This document shows positions 26,385-38,394 of a DNA stretch of 64,000 nt, in pieces. Location: the NCBI RefSeq assembly GCF_006345805.1, contig NC_043008.1:31744001-31808000 (forward strand), in the 5' to 3' direction. The translations under genes and the position numbers were made by a program. The notes under the pieces are model-generated. The model saw only the letters and a list, made by a program, of their open reading frames with translations. It had not been told where the DNA came from and ran no database searches. The first letter of the stretch is position 1, and each line of letters begins with the position of its first letter. The DNA is from Octopus sinensis (taxonomy: Eukaryota).

Positions 26385-29300
26385 ATTACATATTGTTGAA
26401 ATTTACAGAAAAACAAAAGATGAAGAGAGGTGTATAAACAGCAAACAGGTGTATTAGTTTAATGCTCGGGAAGGTGAAAGTCATTTATGTTTCTAGCCTA
26501 TGCGCTTCAACAGAAAGGAACACGAGGAAATAAACAGAGATAGAATAAAAAAACTTTTGGTGCTAGCAGTCAATCATGGTGGCTGTTTCGCCATGATAGA
26601 TTGCTAGCCACTACACATTCTTTATTTTCTCTCCTTGTTTCTTTCTGTTCCTTTCTGTGGAAGAGCGTAGGCTCGAAACGTTAAAGACTTTTTCACTTCC
26701 TGAACGTTATACTAATACATCTGTTTGTTGTCTACACCACCTGTCTTCGCCTTTTGTTTTTTTTGTGAATTCTCCCTATATATATATATACAGTGTGTAA
26801 GATATTTGAGGACAGATTTATGTTTATAAAAAACAGCTATATGATAACAGATAATAATTTTATTTATCAAAAAATTCTATGAAGATAAAAGCCACCTTCA
26901 GTTTCAACAACGGCTTCTATTTGAGATCTAAATCATCTACATGTTCAAAGCAGGTGGCCCTGGTTCTTTTTGGACATTATTCTGTCTATGGCAGCTTTCA
27001 AAGAATCTTTGGTGTTATGGGTGTGTTCATTGACCTCTCTCTCAACAATGCTCCACATGTAATAGGTCAATGGATTGAGATCTGGGGAATTAGCAGACCA
27101 AATGTTAGGGGTTATGTGATCAGGAAAATTTTCAGCTATCCATTCCTGTGTTACTAGAGCCATGTGTGATAGTGCAAAGACTTACTGAAACATGTATGAC
27201 CTTCCATTGCATACACTGTCTATCCAGGGCTTAACAATTATTTCTAGGAGCTAAATGTAGGTGGTAGGGTTAACTCTAAGGCCTTGTGGAAAGATGTAAG
27301 GAGGCATCACATGTTCTTCATTGCTGACATCCCCTAAAACCATGATAGTTGCTGGAAATTTTGTATGCATAACACTTAAAACTTCAGAAGAGTCTGTACA
27401 TAACCATCTATCATTTCTTCTGTTATCTTTTTGATCTTGGTTGAAGTTTTTCTTGTTTGAGAAAAACCAAATCAAATCTTCTACTGGATTTTTCAGTTTG
27501 TTTAAGAACCTTTTAGATCTGAAGTAATGATTTTCTTTAGCTTTTTCTGACAAATTGACCTTTCCTCATCATATAAGACTTATATCTGATGTCTTTGTGG
27601 ACAACATTTCTGACTGTTCCTTCTGACACATGGATATCTTTCGCAATTGATCTCATAGACTTTCTGGGATTGTAATCAATGCTCTGTTGAACATTTAGGT
27701 GTTCTGATGATTTCAGAGCATTTAGAAGGTTTTTTATGCTTTGATACTGGTGATACGTTTCCATCTTCAGTCTCTAGCTCCTTACAACCACCATCTTGTA
27801 TGGCTATGCTGTATTAAAAACACAAAATGTATTAGAGGGAGAGGGAAAGGCAATATATACCAATATAGGAAACAATGGATTTTAACATTCACTGATGTTG
27901 TGATATTTTTGTATTCCATATTTTATATTTCACAGTCCCATAACTGAAACAAGTAAAAGTGTAACAGAATAGAGAGCAATAGATTGATAGAATCAGTTGT
28001 ATGATTGACAAAATGTTATTGTATTTCCCTGTGTTCAGGTCACTATTTTTTTTTAAGTAATATCTCATGAAAATTTACATGTTGAAGACTGTCCATGACA
28101 GAACTCACATCTCCTATAAACATGACAGGTGTGCTTATGACATTAACAGTATATATATTCCTGTACTTTACCAGGTATTGACTTTTTCCAAGGAATCCCT
28201 TATGAGGAACAGTATCGTGCTGAAACTAGAATTTACATCAAGTCTGTCTGGGACATTTTGCCTCACATTTTCTCAAAACGGTTCTTTAACCTGTGTACAT
28301 CAATGTGGTTCGACAAAAACAACTATTTAAAAACGAGTGTCACAACATTCCAGGTGAGTTGTTTTATTTAAATCCCTTCTCTCCTTGGGATAGAGTTTGT
28401 TTTTATTGAAGCTTTGCCTCTCAGTTGAAGAAGTTGAGAGTAGAAGTTCAGCCTTTTATTAATTTTTATTATCTCTCTCTATATAAACGGCAGTTTGTCT
28501 GTGCGTGTTTCTGTGTGTCTGTTTTCTTGTACCCTCACCCTGACCACGGCTTTCAACCGATTCTGATGAAACTTGACACACACATAGCCCAATGTCATAA
28601 TTCAAAACTAACGCAGCGAAAATTTTGAAAAGTTCCCCCAGTTCTGAAAAAAATCGATAAATTCGACATGGGGTCGAGAATCAGAAACACAAACCGCAAA
28701 CTGTCTAGGGGACGCAACTCCACTTTTTTAACTAAAAAAAAATTTACCATCATTTTTTTCCATCTTTTTGCTATTTTTTGGCTATAACTCTCTAAAAATG
28801 TTTTATAGTTATTTCCCTTACAAACCTGAGCAACGCCGGGCGATACTGCTAGTAGATGATAAGTGTGGTGAAATTGCTGAGGCTAAATGGACACAAGCTC
28901 TCAGTATGTCTCTGAAGGCTTGTGGCAAGAACCAGGAGAAAACTCTTGTCTTTGGTGTGTCAAGGCATTTATTAATTTTTTTTATTATCATTGTTGATTT
29001 AATTTCTTTTAGAATCCTTTCAGTTTGATACACATGGGCCACTTTTATTGAAAAGTTTTCACGGATTTAGTTATACATGCCACTTATGAAAATGCTCATC
29101 CTCATTTTATAGCACTAATTATAATTACTATTATTATCTATTAATTTATCTATGTACCCACACAGTATTGTTTATTCCATGCTGCATGTTACAGCAAATT
29201 TAAGAAACACCATGTTCAATGCTCCTGCATTTTAATGCTCATTATAATTATAATTACAATTATTGTTAGTCATTTATTTATCTATTTTGTCACAAAGTTT

Positions 29301-32300
29301 TGCTTACTCCATGCTGTATGTTATAGCTATAGTTAAAGTTAAGAATGCAAATGTTCAATTCTGTTTCACTCAATAGAACTCATTGTAATTATTGTTTTTC
29401 ATTTAGCTATCTATTTAGTGGTATGTTATAGCAAAGTTCTATTTACTCTTGCTCTAAATCTCAAAAATTACTTCTCTTCATTTGTTTTGTTTTGTTACCT
29501 GCTATCTTATCCAAAAGTTCCATTGTTTCCTGAACTAGCCCTAATTCTCGAAAATTTCACCATTCTCCCTCGCCCCAACCCCCTCTCTCTCTCTTTGTTT
29601 GTTAACCACTTGCTTTCCCATGTTGATTGTTAATTAGTGGCTCACTTTGTCTATAGCTATGCCACATCGGCTTTTGCTAGGGAATAGGGCAGCCATAGTG
29701 TTTTGCCATTGGTTGTACACCCTCCCATCCCACTCCTGCCACCTGTACTGGACGTCTTTCACTTCTAACCTCTGCTGGATGTCTTTCTCCTGAGCGCCTC
29801 TAACAGTAAACTATACAGAACACTTTCCCCTCCCTTCCTCTTCCACCTCTATCTAATGTCTATCTCCCATTAAACATAGTGATTATGAAGCAAATAAAAT
29901 GATGGTGAAATAGATTGAAGCCTATTTGTATGTTTATGAGATTTGCCAAATGCAGATGCGAGCTTTCTTTTCAGATGCATAATGTTGCTGTCCCCATCCC
30001 AGGGTCTCGCTGCTCCACACCATCCACACCCTCAGATTTGGCACACTTCCACCTGCTGTACTTTTCCTTGTCTATTAGAATCGCCTTCACATTCTCACCG
30101 TAACTGTCCTTTGGCAACTTCACCCTTATAATCGATTTCATCTTGGTAATAAACTTTTCCGTGCACACATTTTTGTCATATTTTACAAAATACCAATTGT
30201 ATTTTCTCTGTTTTTGTTTACTGTGTTCTGTTCTTGGCATCACTTTATCCATTTCAGTCATTGTTGCTTCTTCCTCTTGCTGCTGTTCCACTTCATGGGT
30301 TAAACAGTCTGCTTTCTTCTATCTTCTCCTCCTCCTCCATAACTTCTCTCTCAATCTCCTTTCCAACCTCCTTTACAACTGCTTCCTCTATCTCCTTTGT
30401 TTCTTTTTTCTTTTTCTGTCTCTCCAGCAGAGAGACCTTCTTTTTCTTTTTTTAACCACTTCGAATCCCTCTTCTGCTTCTTTCTCCTCTTCCTGTACCT
30501 CATCATTCGCTTTCTCCTGCTCCTCTGACTGTTCCATTTCTTGTTCTTTTTCTTCTCTTTGGGGGCACCTCGTCTTCATGTGGCCTTTCTCCTCAAACAA
30601 ATAATATCTGGGAGGCCTGCCCTCCACCACTACTCTCAATCTCATATCTTCTGGTAGAATTATTTCTTCTGGGATCTTGATCATATCACTATCAGTTGTC
30701 TGAAGTGACATCTCGATCCCGTAATCTCACCAGTCCACGTTTCTCGTTCTTGTCACTCTTAGGATCCTGGCATCCTCTTCTATATTGCGTAATATCGCTG
30801 CAACCAACCATATTTCCTCTAATTCTGGTGGTACTTTTCCCACCCTCACTCGGACAACACTTCTGCTGCAGTAGTTGGTAGGAAAGCCCACTCTTCTGAT
30901 TTTTTGACATCACCTTGCTCTCAAAATGCCTCTCCACTGTGCCATATTTTCTTCCTCTTGTTATGAATATCATCTTCTTTTTATTTACTTGTAAACTTTT
31001 CTCAATTTCTTCAATTGGTGCTACTTCAATTTTCTTTGATGATATTTTCAATGTTTTATAAATTATGGTCTTTCTCTTTACACTATGTTAATTCGTGTGG
31101 AGGTGTCAACTTCAGATTGTGGCCTTCTTTTTCTAAAAGGTTGCCACATTTCATTAACATTCCCGGCTGCTGGAAACTAAAGACAACAATTATATACAAA
31201 TGTATAAATGGTAGAGACCAGAAATTGCAGTTCTTGACTCTAGTTCAAATTAAAAAATACCTGCAAGAATTGAAGGCTGCGTTAATTTATGTATCCTGAC
31301 ATAAGCAACACAGAAGGGTGATAGCCATCTGCAGAAGCAAACAGAAACTTCAACGATGGTCTCAAGCATATGCACAGCCTAGGATTTCATTATGATCCCA
31401 CCATAGGCCTATATAGAATGTTGTGTGATTGAAAGCCAATGGTGACCAAAGTCAGCGTCAGCAACAGATCATTTACAGGGACAAGCCAGGGATATGACTC
31501 AGAATCAAAAAATAATCTTGGAATTAATTGCTAATTTAAAATTACCACAGATATGTAAGTCACAGTCTCATTTTCATGATAGGGGATGACCATTTGCATC
31601 CATGAGAAAGGACATACCCTAATATATGCGTTACATAAAGGCGATGATCTAGCAGAATCATTAGCATGTCAGGCAAGATGCTTAATGGCATTTCGTCTGT
31701 CTTTATGTCCTGAGTTCAAATTCCACCGAGGTCAAAATTACCTTTCATCCTTTTGGAGTTGATAAAGTAAGTACCAGTTAAGCTCTAGGCTTGCTGTAAT
31801 CAACTAACCCCAGCCCCCAAAATTGCTGGCCTTGTGCCAAAATTTGAAATCAGTGTTTGCGTTACATAGACTCTCTCTGAACAGGCTTAGCAGAAGTATT
31901 TTACTACTTACACCTTTTGTGTGTGCATACGTGTGTGTATGTGCACATGTATTCACAATTTAATAAAAATATCATTAAATTCAAGTCACGATATTGATAT
32001 TGTCATCCAGGTGAATATTAATTCATGTACAGATTGCTAAATGTTAGCAATCTGTTAGTCGAATAGTGAATTGAAGAATGTAATAATAGCTTTGCGAAAT
32101 GGCATATGATAACAGTGATGACTCACCAATACTTTTATAGAATACATAATTGGAAATTTTGTGCCATGTTGACTTGTTGAGATTATTTCAAGGTAATGGG
32201 AAATGTTAATGTTGTGAGGAATGAGGTTAGTGTTGGTGAATATTTCTTCAAATAACTTTTTTGTTTTGCAATAGTTTAATCCAATGAGAAAAACAATGTC

Positions 32301-33249
32301 TGTGTCTATATTATGGAGCCTCTGAGAATGGGAGCAGTATGGACAGAAGAAACAACAGCCAATGGACTGTTACAATATGATTGCTGCAATCCAGTTACAA
32401 GCAATGTCATCACTTTATTGTTATGCTGTACATATGAAGTACAGATGTGGACTTTCATTCTTGTTAGAGACCTACACTCATTTGCAGAGATCTGGCAATG
32501 ATGGGTGCCTCTTGCAGAAGGTTTTCAGAGAGCTCAACCCTACTCTGATGCATGAGTTTTATCTTTTTTGGCTGTAACCAACTATAGTATGTAACTCACA
32601 ATAGAAATACTGAGATGTTAAAAATCAAGTGATGCTTGTGCTTGAAGCATTTTAAAGTGAAGCAAAGCTTTGCATTGGGACATCCCCACTGTCCAAACAA
32701 TGTGTGCATTTACCTCAAAACAGCTAGTCTACATCATTGGATGTAAACAAAATTACAGGGGTTACTGCAGAAGTTTTCCTTTTTCTAAAGAGATATCAAA
32801 GCAAAGACTAGGGTTCTCTCGCTCCCAAACATCTGCAGTAAGAAACTAGAAATCAGTATATCAAATTTGACAGATCTTGTCCAGCTACTTGCAACAGAGA
32901 GGAGGAGGTATTGGTAGAGTTAACTTAACAGATTTAGGTCTCCCTCACAATAATGAGTGATGTGGTTACTCAACCTGCAATAAATAGTAGTTAAACCTTT
33001 CTCAAATCACACTCTACCATTTTATGAGTATGTGTCTAGAGTTTGTTATGGCGATTTTACACACCATAATATATTGGGTGTGCAGCAGTTTAAACTAAGT
33101 GAATTTCCCAATCAGATTAAACTCAACTTGGATAACATTTGGAGTATTTTACTTTGCATTATCAACACCTGCGTGAGATGGAATATCTTTTTATGAAGGA
33201 CCATAATAAACTGGCCATCCATATCTGGTATTTGTGACATCTTTTAGAT

Positions 33250-33332
<83 letters not shown>

Positions 33333-36100
33333 CCATGTTCAATATGTTTACTAATATTAAAGAATTTCCTAGTTATTAATATGAACCTTCCTTCAGGTAA
33401 ATGTAAACCATTCCACAAATCCAATGAGGACGCATCGATAGAAGCTCTAACCACCCACCATCTATAATTAAACCATTAATTAATAGCAATAGTAGGTGTG
33501 TTTCAAACCAATCTTCTGATGAACCAACCTTCAAAAGACAGCCCCATAACACAGTACTAGAAAGATCCAATTTTCAGACTACAACATATTCCAAACCAAA
33601 GTTTGATTGGCCAAACAGATGTAGATAAGGGAAACGTTTGTGACATAACCATCCATGTAGCTCGACGATTTTCACACTCACATGAATACCACAAGATCTG
33701 TAATAAAATCACTGTTAAGTTTAACTATAGCTGCCTCCATACATAGGCTCAAGGATTTTCAATCACAATAAGAAAAGTCATATTAGGAACACCCTACATA
33801 CAAGGGTTAGCTGAAAATTTCATTGGCTGACTAAATGAGGTTTATTTTTCAACATATTCCCCTTTGTGGTCCACACACTTCTTCCATCGGTGTTGCAGTG
33901 CTTGGACCCCATTGGGGAAGAAGCTTTGATCCTGCTAGTCAAAAAAGTCATCAACAGCAGATATGATGTCATCATCACTGTGAGACTGGTTCCCAGTCTG
34001 GTGTCCTTTCATGTTGGGGGACAGATGGTTGTCAGATGGAGCCAAATTAAAAGAATAGAGAGAGTGATCAACCAGTTCAAAGCTACAGTCATGCACAGCA
34101 GCCATTGAAACCAAGGCCTAATGTGCTGAAACATTTTCCTGATGAAACAAGACCCGTTTCATCAGTTTTTGTGTGTTTAGTCTTTATAGCCTTTCTTAAC
34201 TGCCTCAGCAAGTTGGCACAGTATTTTCCATTGATGGTGTGGCCCTTTTGAAGATAGTCTACAAACACAATGCTTTTTGCATCCCCAAAAACTGAGGCCA
34301 TCACCTTCCCTGTAGATGAAATGACCTTGGTTTTTGAAGCAGGTGAGGACAGGGTGTTTCCACTGCATGGATTATCTCTTTGTTTCTGGTTCAAAGTGAC
34401 AAACCAAACACTCATCCTGGATTAGGAAACATCCAAGGAAACCAGCTGGATCTACCTGAAATAATGTCAGATTTACCTGTGATGTGATCAGGCTACTGCA
34501 CTTTTGATAAGGTGTCAGATGTGGTGCCCACCAAGCAGAAACTTTCGCCATATAAAGGTCATTGTGCAGAATATTCTCAACTCCCTCACAGGATATGCTA
34601 ATAGCATTTGTTATTTGATTTACAGTCAATCGCCAATCATCCATCACATTGTGGTGAACACGATGAATGTTTTCCTTGGTGGTGGTAGTTGCTGGACGCC
34701 CATATGAGAAAACAACCAACTCATTTGAATTATCCGAATCTCCTCTCTCCACCCCCTCCAAAAGTATTTTTCACAACAAATTCCAATATAAATGGAATCT
34801 GAACCATTTGGAAGATATTTGTAGAAAATATCATTAAAAAATTACCGTTTTCCTGAAAGCTATGAGGAAACAAATTCAGTAGGGGCACACTTGTGTAGGT
34901 ATACCCAAATCAAAGCATAAAATCCTTTGAACTATTCTTCTATTGTTTTATTTGTTTCAGTCATCGGACTGCAGCACCACCTTTAGTCAAAGTAATCAAT
35001 CCCAGGACTTATTCTTTGTAAGCCTGGTACTTATTCTATCGGTTACTTTTGCCAAACCACTAAGTTACAGGAACATAAATACACCAACACCAGTTGTCAA
35101 TTGACGGTGAGGGCACAGACTCACACACACACACACACACACAATGGGCTTCTTTCAGTTTTGGTCTACCAAATCCACTCACAAGGCTTTAGTCAGTCTG
35201 AGGCTATAGTAGAAGACAATTATCCAAGGTATCATGTAGTGAGACTGAACTCGGAACCATGTGGTTGGAAAGCAAGCTTCTTACCACACAGCCATGCCTG
35301 CAGTTATAGGCACAAGGCCTTAAATTTTGTGGGAGGAGTTTGTCAGTTGCATCGACCCCAATACTCAACTGATACTTATTTCATTCACTCCGAAAGCAAA
35401 GTCGACCTCAGTGGTATAAATGAAATCATAAAATAAATGGAAATATTCTAAAGAAAAAAAAAAGCAGAAAATTTTGCAGCTTTCAAAAAGTGATTAACAG
35501 AATATAACTATTTTATTGAATGTTGATGTCTAATTCAAATCAAATTTTACTTTTACAGATTGGTACATCATTGTATTCCTTATCAGACCGACACATAAAG
35601 CGATTACCATGCTCCAGCTTCAACGGTCATGCCACAGCGCGTGGCTTGGCTAAGTTATTTGGCAATATTGTCAATACAGGAAATAACAAAGAAGGAAATA
35701 TCCTCTCAAAGTCTACTGTTGAAAATATTGATGATATTGTATCCAGTCAAATCGATGCTATTTTGAATTTCCATATCGTATTTGGTCGGGGTTTCACAAT
35801 TCACAAAAATAATAAGGTTAGTATACATGTGGACACTTTATGTATGTATATATAAATATTTTTGTATATGTATGCAATTCAGAAAGTCCCGTGGGCTGCA
35901 GGTTGCTCGTGACTAAAATTCTTGGCAGGGAATAGTCGATTATATCGACCCCAGTGTTTTACTGGTACTTTATTTATCGGCCCCAAAGGGATGAAAGGCA
36001 AATTCAATCTCGGCAGAGTTTGAAAATCAGAACGTAGTGACAGACGAAATACCGCTAAATATTTCCTCCAGCATGCTAACAATTCTGCCAGCTCACTGCC

Positions 36101-36135
<35 letters not shown>

Positions 36136-36620
36136 CTTTTCTACTGTAGGCACAAAGCCTGAAATTTGTGGGGAAGGGGACCAGTTGATTACATCGACCC
36201 CATTGTTTCACTGGTACTTAATTTATCAACTATGAAAGGCAAAGTCGACTTCGGCGGAAATTGAACTCAGAACGTAGTGACGGGCGAAATACCGCTAAGC
36301 ATTTCACCCAGTGTACTAATGATTCTGCCAGCTCACCATTTTAATAATAATAATAATAATGATGATGATGATTATTTAAATAATGATAATAATAATAATC
36401 TTACATGTATATTAAATTTATCATCCTCTAGGGCCAGAAAACGTTTTGTCATTTTGGATTTGGAGGCCAAGGAGCATGTGGAGACAAAGAGAACAAACTT
36501 AGTGTTGCTTACATATCAAACCATTTGAATCCACTTATATTTGGAGCAGATGATCGATATAATTCTTTGGTAGATGCTGTTTACAGATCTGTTGAAATGA
36601 TTGAGAAAGAATCAGCATAA
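14942..36620 (+). CDS. Beta-lactamase-domain serine hydrolase (beta-lactamase domain-containing protein 2-like / EstB family VIII esterase-like), 8 coding exons, 1287 nt, 428 aa
   Basis: Manual splice join 14942-15087, 20283-20468, 21933-22032, 22469-22574, 25818-25940, 28175-28353, 35559-35816, 36432-36620. All introns are GT-AG with compatible phases (2,2,0,1,1,0,0), and the frame is open to TAA. Motifs: FSVSK, VSHQSG, PGTKVGYH, ATARGLAKLFG, HFGFGGQ. An in-frame TGA at 14906-14908 precedes the ATG. Confidence 0.92.
17005..17421 (+). mobile_element. Full-length tRNA-derived SINE, family S1 (octopus OK/OR-like) with central microsatellite
   Basis: Head ggcaggcgtggctg..tggtaag..gcttgcttcc..ggttcagtccc, tail gactgaaacaggtaaaagataaaaga. 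Other copies at 16130-16298(-), 18870-19035(+), 22075-22420(-), 34950-35300(-), 41830-42180(-), 49975-50160(+), 57052-57470(+). Confidence 0.85.
20283..20468 (+). CDS. Exon 2, containing the catalytic S-x-x-K (SVSK, codons 20419-20430)
   Basis: Acceptor tttcttttatag; translates to QNVNNELELGGTFAAYYKGELVVDLWGGYANAESPWRNDTLGTIFSVSKGVAAILLAKFVE; donor AA|gtaag. Confidence 0.95.
21933..22032 (+). CDS. Exon 3: [33 protein letters not shown]
   Basis: Acceptor tttctttgcag; conserved [21 protein letters not shown]; donor CAG|gtaag. Confidence 0.95.
22469..22574 (+). CDS. Exon 4: SGIIGFDEKLQFTLMSSDYDRFLSILAAQKPQWTP(G)
   Basis: Acceptor ctctttttttcag; completes the H-Q-S-G motif; QKP-x-W-x-PG; donor G|gtaag. 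Confidence 0.93.
22961..23188 (+). mobile_element. SINE/LINE-tail repeat, family S4, ending in (GAT)n
   Basis: ttggcattaggaagggcatccagctgtagaaac...ccatgctagcatggaaaacggacgttaaac(gat)n; inverse copies at 17950-18190 and 21393-21620. Confidence 0.8.
23620..24015 (+). mobile_element. Degenerate RTE-like LINE fragment
   Basis: LKKVTNFKYL..W, AW..C.KL, I..RR.RLAGHCIR.PEE. Confidence 0.65.
25818..25940 (+). CDS. Exon 5: TKVGYHVITYGLYIDALLAKADPHKRPIERIFREEISEPY(G), with the putative catalytic Tyr185
   Basis: Acceptor tttgttttatag; GYH-x-x-TYG and F-x-EEI-x-x-P motifs; donor G|gtatt. Confidence 0.93.
26395..26775. mobile_element. Inverted pair of Penelope-like pLTRs (diverged palindrome centred near 26586)
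   Basis: gctagcagtcaatcatggtg / cgccatgatagattgctagc at the centre; each arm carries the ctgt.gaag.gc.taggct.gaaac motif. Confidence 0.7.
26651..26686 (+). ncRNA. Minimal type I hammerhead-like motif with variant core CUGUGGA, in intron 5 sense strand
   Basis: CTTT-CTGTGGA-A-GAGC(GTAG)GCTC-GAAAC-GT-T-AAAG. Confidence 0.5.
26791..27830 (-). mobile_element. Degenerate maT/DD37D-like Tc1-mariner transposon
   Basis: FS.KKNF...N.RNDRW, KFPATIMVLG.VS.E..VMPP..F..GL.VN, W..NSPDLNPL.YYMW. Confidence 0.8.
28175..28353 (+). CDS. Exon 6: IDFFQGIPYEEQYRAETRIYIKSVWDILPHIFSKRFFNLCTSMWFDKNNYLKTSVTTFQ
   Basis: Acceptor tactttaccag; G-I-D-F-x-x-G-x-P-x-EE-x-x-R matches the family; phase 1 in, phase 0 out; donor CAG|gtgag. 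Confidence 0.88.
28472..28852 (+). mobile_element. Non-autonomous Helitron, family C (different body, family-A 3' end)
   Basis: A|TCTCTCTCTATATAAACGG ... gagcaacgccgggcgatactgCTAG|T. Confidence 0.85.
29900..31075 (-). mobile_element. LINE ORF1 (gag-like) remnant with a degenerate zinc knuckle
   Basis: VVVEGRPPR(Y)YL(F)EEKGHMKTRCP, a decayed CX2CX4HX4C, followed by an acidic/basic low-complexity stretch. Confidence 0.6.
33244..33332. repeat. (GAA)n(GTA)n compound trinucleotide repeat
   Basis: Visible directly. Confidence 0.95.
33375..33600 (+). mobile_element. Degenerate Penelope-like RT thumb fragment
   Basis: NL.SGK.KPF.K.N....SNHPPSIIK, homologous to the region near 51920. Confidence 0.55.
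33801..34770 (-). mobile_element. Degenerate mariner, same family as 4171-5220
   Basis: TA|caagggttagctgaaaa TIR; GKVMASVF.D.K.IV.VDYL.KG.TING.Y, VSA.W.PH. Confidence 0.88.
35559..35816 (+). CDS. Exon 7: IGTSLYSLSDRHIKRLPCSSFNGHATARGLAKLFG...FGRGFTIHKNNK
   Basis: Acceptor ttttacttttacag; S-x-NG-x-ATARGLAKLFG and D-x-x-L...FGRGF motifs; donor AAG|gttag. Confidence 0.92.
36432..36620 (+). CDS. Exon 8 (terminal): GQKTFCHFGFGGQGACGDKENKLSVAYISNHLNPLIFGADDRYNSLVDAVYRSVEMIEKESA*
   Basis: Acceptor tcatcctctag; H-x-G-x-GGQ...D...L-x-x-AY-x-x-N motif; TAA at 36618-36620. Confidence 0.92.
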   Translation, partial: GQKTFCHFGFGGQGACGDKENKLSVAYISNHLNPLIFGADDRYNSLVDAVYRSVEMIEKESA

Positions 36621-36652
36621 TATATAATGTAAAAATGTATTATACTAAATGA

Positions 36653-36658
36653 AATAAA
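36653..36658 (+). terminator. Candidate polyadenylation signal AATAAA
   Basis: First AATAAA after the stop codon (33 nt downstream), followed by a T-rich tract. Confidence 0.4.
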
Positions 36659-38151
36659 TTTTTTTTGACTCAAGGAAACATCTCGTAAAATCAAAATTTT
36701 TCAACATATTTATCATATTAAATACCTGACAGTTCTTTAATTGTTCACCATGACACACTGGTGTATCTACGTAGCTAGGTATACCACTATTTTAAACATT
36801 TATAAATATATAGTTTGATAAATATGCAAGCCATACGTTTGCTCACCAGTTTAAAACTCAGTCCAGCTAGGATTAAATTAAGTCACACGAAGCAGCGTTG
36901 GATAAAATATATGCATATAAAGCCAAATGAATGAAGACCTGCCACTGCAAACATACTCTTATTGTGCGGTTAAAAGATGTAACATTTATACTGACAACAC
37001 ATAAGAATGCAGAAACACATGAATCTTATGTCATCTAGGTAGTGGAATTTCTCTCTGGACTATTTCCGCAGCGAACGACCTTCACACATTCGAATGCACT
37101 CGAACAAGTTAAACATGTTTTTATCTTAATATACCTTAATGCTTGGCAGCATCAATAGCTGTATATTGTGGAAATTTCATTAAAACTGGTATGTAAAGTG
37201 CATTTTCTATGTTCATTTGGCCAAACAATAGAAATTGTTAAAATCCCCGTATTTTTCTATATTACATACCTGTTTTAAGGAAATTTACACACTTTAATAT
37301 ACAACAATACATTTAAAATTGGGGGTGGCGGTAGGTTGAGGCAAGGTTAAAATTTTGATTTTTTTTTTGCATATTCGTAATCTCCGACATGTAGAACCTA
37401 GGAATCTGAATAAACTTTTTCAGAAAATGCATTTTTCGAGAGGAGGTGCGAATCTACATTAGCCCCATATCAAAAATCTCGTGATTTTAGTGGATGCATT
37501 TAATAGCTTTTCCGTCATCCCCAAAAACTTCATGGATGCGAAAAAACAAAACCAACGTATACGACAGGTATGTAAAACATATTCCTGTGCACTTTTCTCT
37601 TTTTATTTGGATAAGCTGCAGAAATTGTTGCGCACGCACACACAAACGCAAAAATTCTCCAGACATTTAGCAGTTATTTTTAGCATATCGACATTTTAAA
37701 TTTCAGACAGCGACAGAAGTGTGAATAAATTTTGGAGTTTTTCATAGACAATTTGAAATCAAAAAACATTTTTGCCATACTCTTAATGTCTGTATTTTCC
37801 CACGTGGATGGGAAAAAAAGTTAAAACTTAAAGAGTTGAGTGAGGTGGGGATTAAATATTTTGAAAACGTTCAGTGGGAAATATGCAACTTTTTGCATTG
37901 TTTTAGCCTTCAAATGACGCCACCCCGCTGGCTAAGCGAGCAGGCCAACAGAAGAAAGAGTGAGAGAAAGTTGCGGCGAAAGAGTAGAGCAGAGATCGCC
38001 ACCATCCCCTGCCGGAGCCTCGTGGAGCTATAGGCGTTTTCGTTCAATAAACACTCACAATGCCCGGTCTGGGAATCAAAACCGCGATCCTACAACCGCA
38101 AGTCCGCTACCCTAACCACTGGGGCATTGCACCTCCGCACACACACACACA

Positions 38152-38245
<94 letters not shown>

Positions 38246-38249
<4 letters not shown>

Positions 38250-38394
38250 ATCCTTCGGTATGAGTACACACGTGACTTTGTTTACATTTCTGAAGATAAC
38301 AGAAACCCTTTCTCCCACCCCTAACCCTAACCCCCCATATATAAAAAAAAACACTTTCTTGAAATGTATCCGGTACTTATACCGAAGTTACGCC
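38246..38394. mobile_element. 149-bp mini foldback with a CCCTAACCCTAACCC core, set in (TA)n
   Basis: Inverted repeat cttcggtatgagtac / gtacttataccgaag (14/15 match). Confidence 0.55.

Noticed and set aside
32313-32577. Overlapping short ORFs in intron 6 with coding-like composition
   Set aside because: No recognisable family; exon 6 already joins exon 7 in phase; an in-frame stop lies upstream.
14942-36620. Beta-lactamase-like gene as bacterial contamination, recent HGT or an antibiotic-resistance gene
   Set aside because: Seven GT-AG introns filled with host repeats; the fold alone does not imply beta-lactam hydrolysis.
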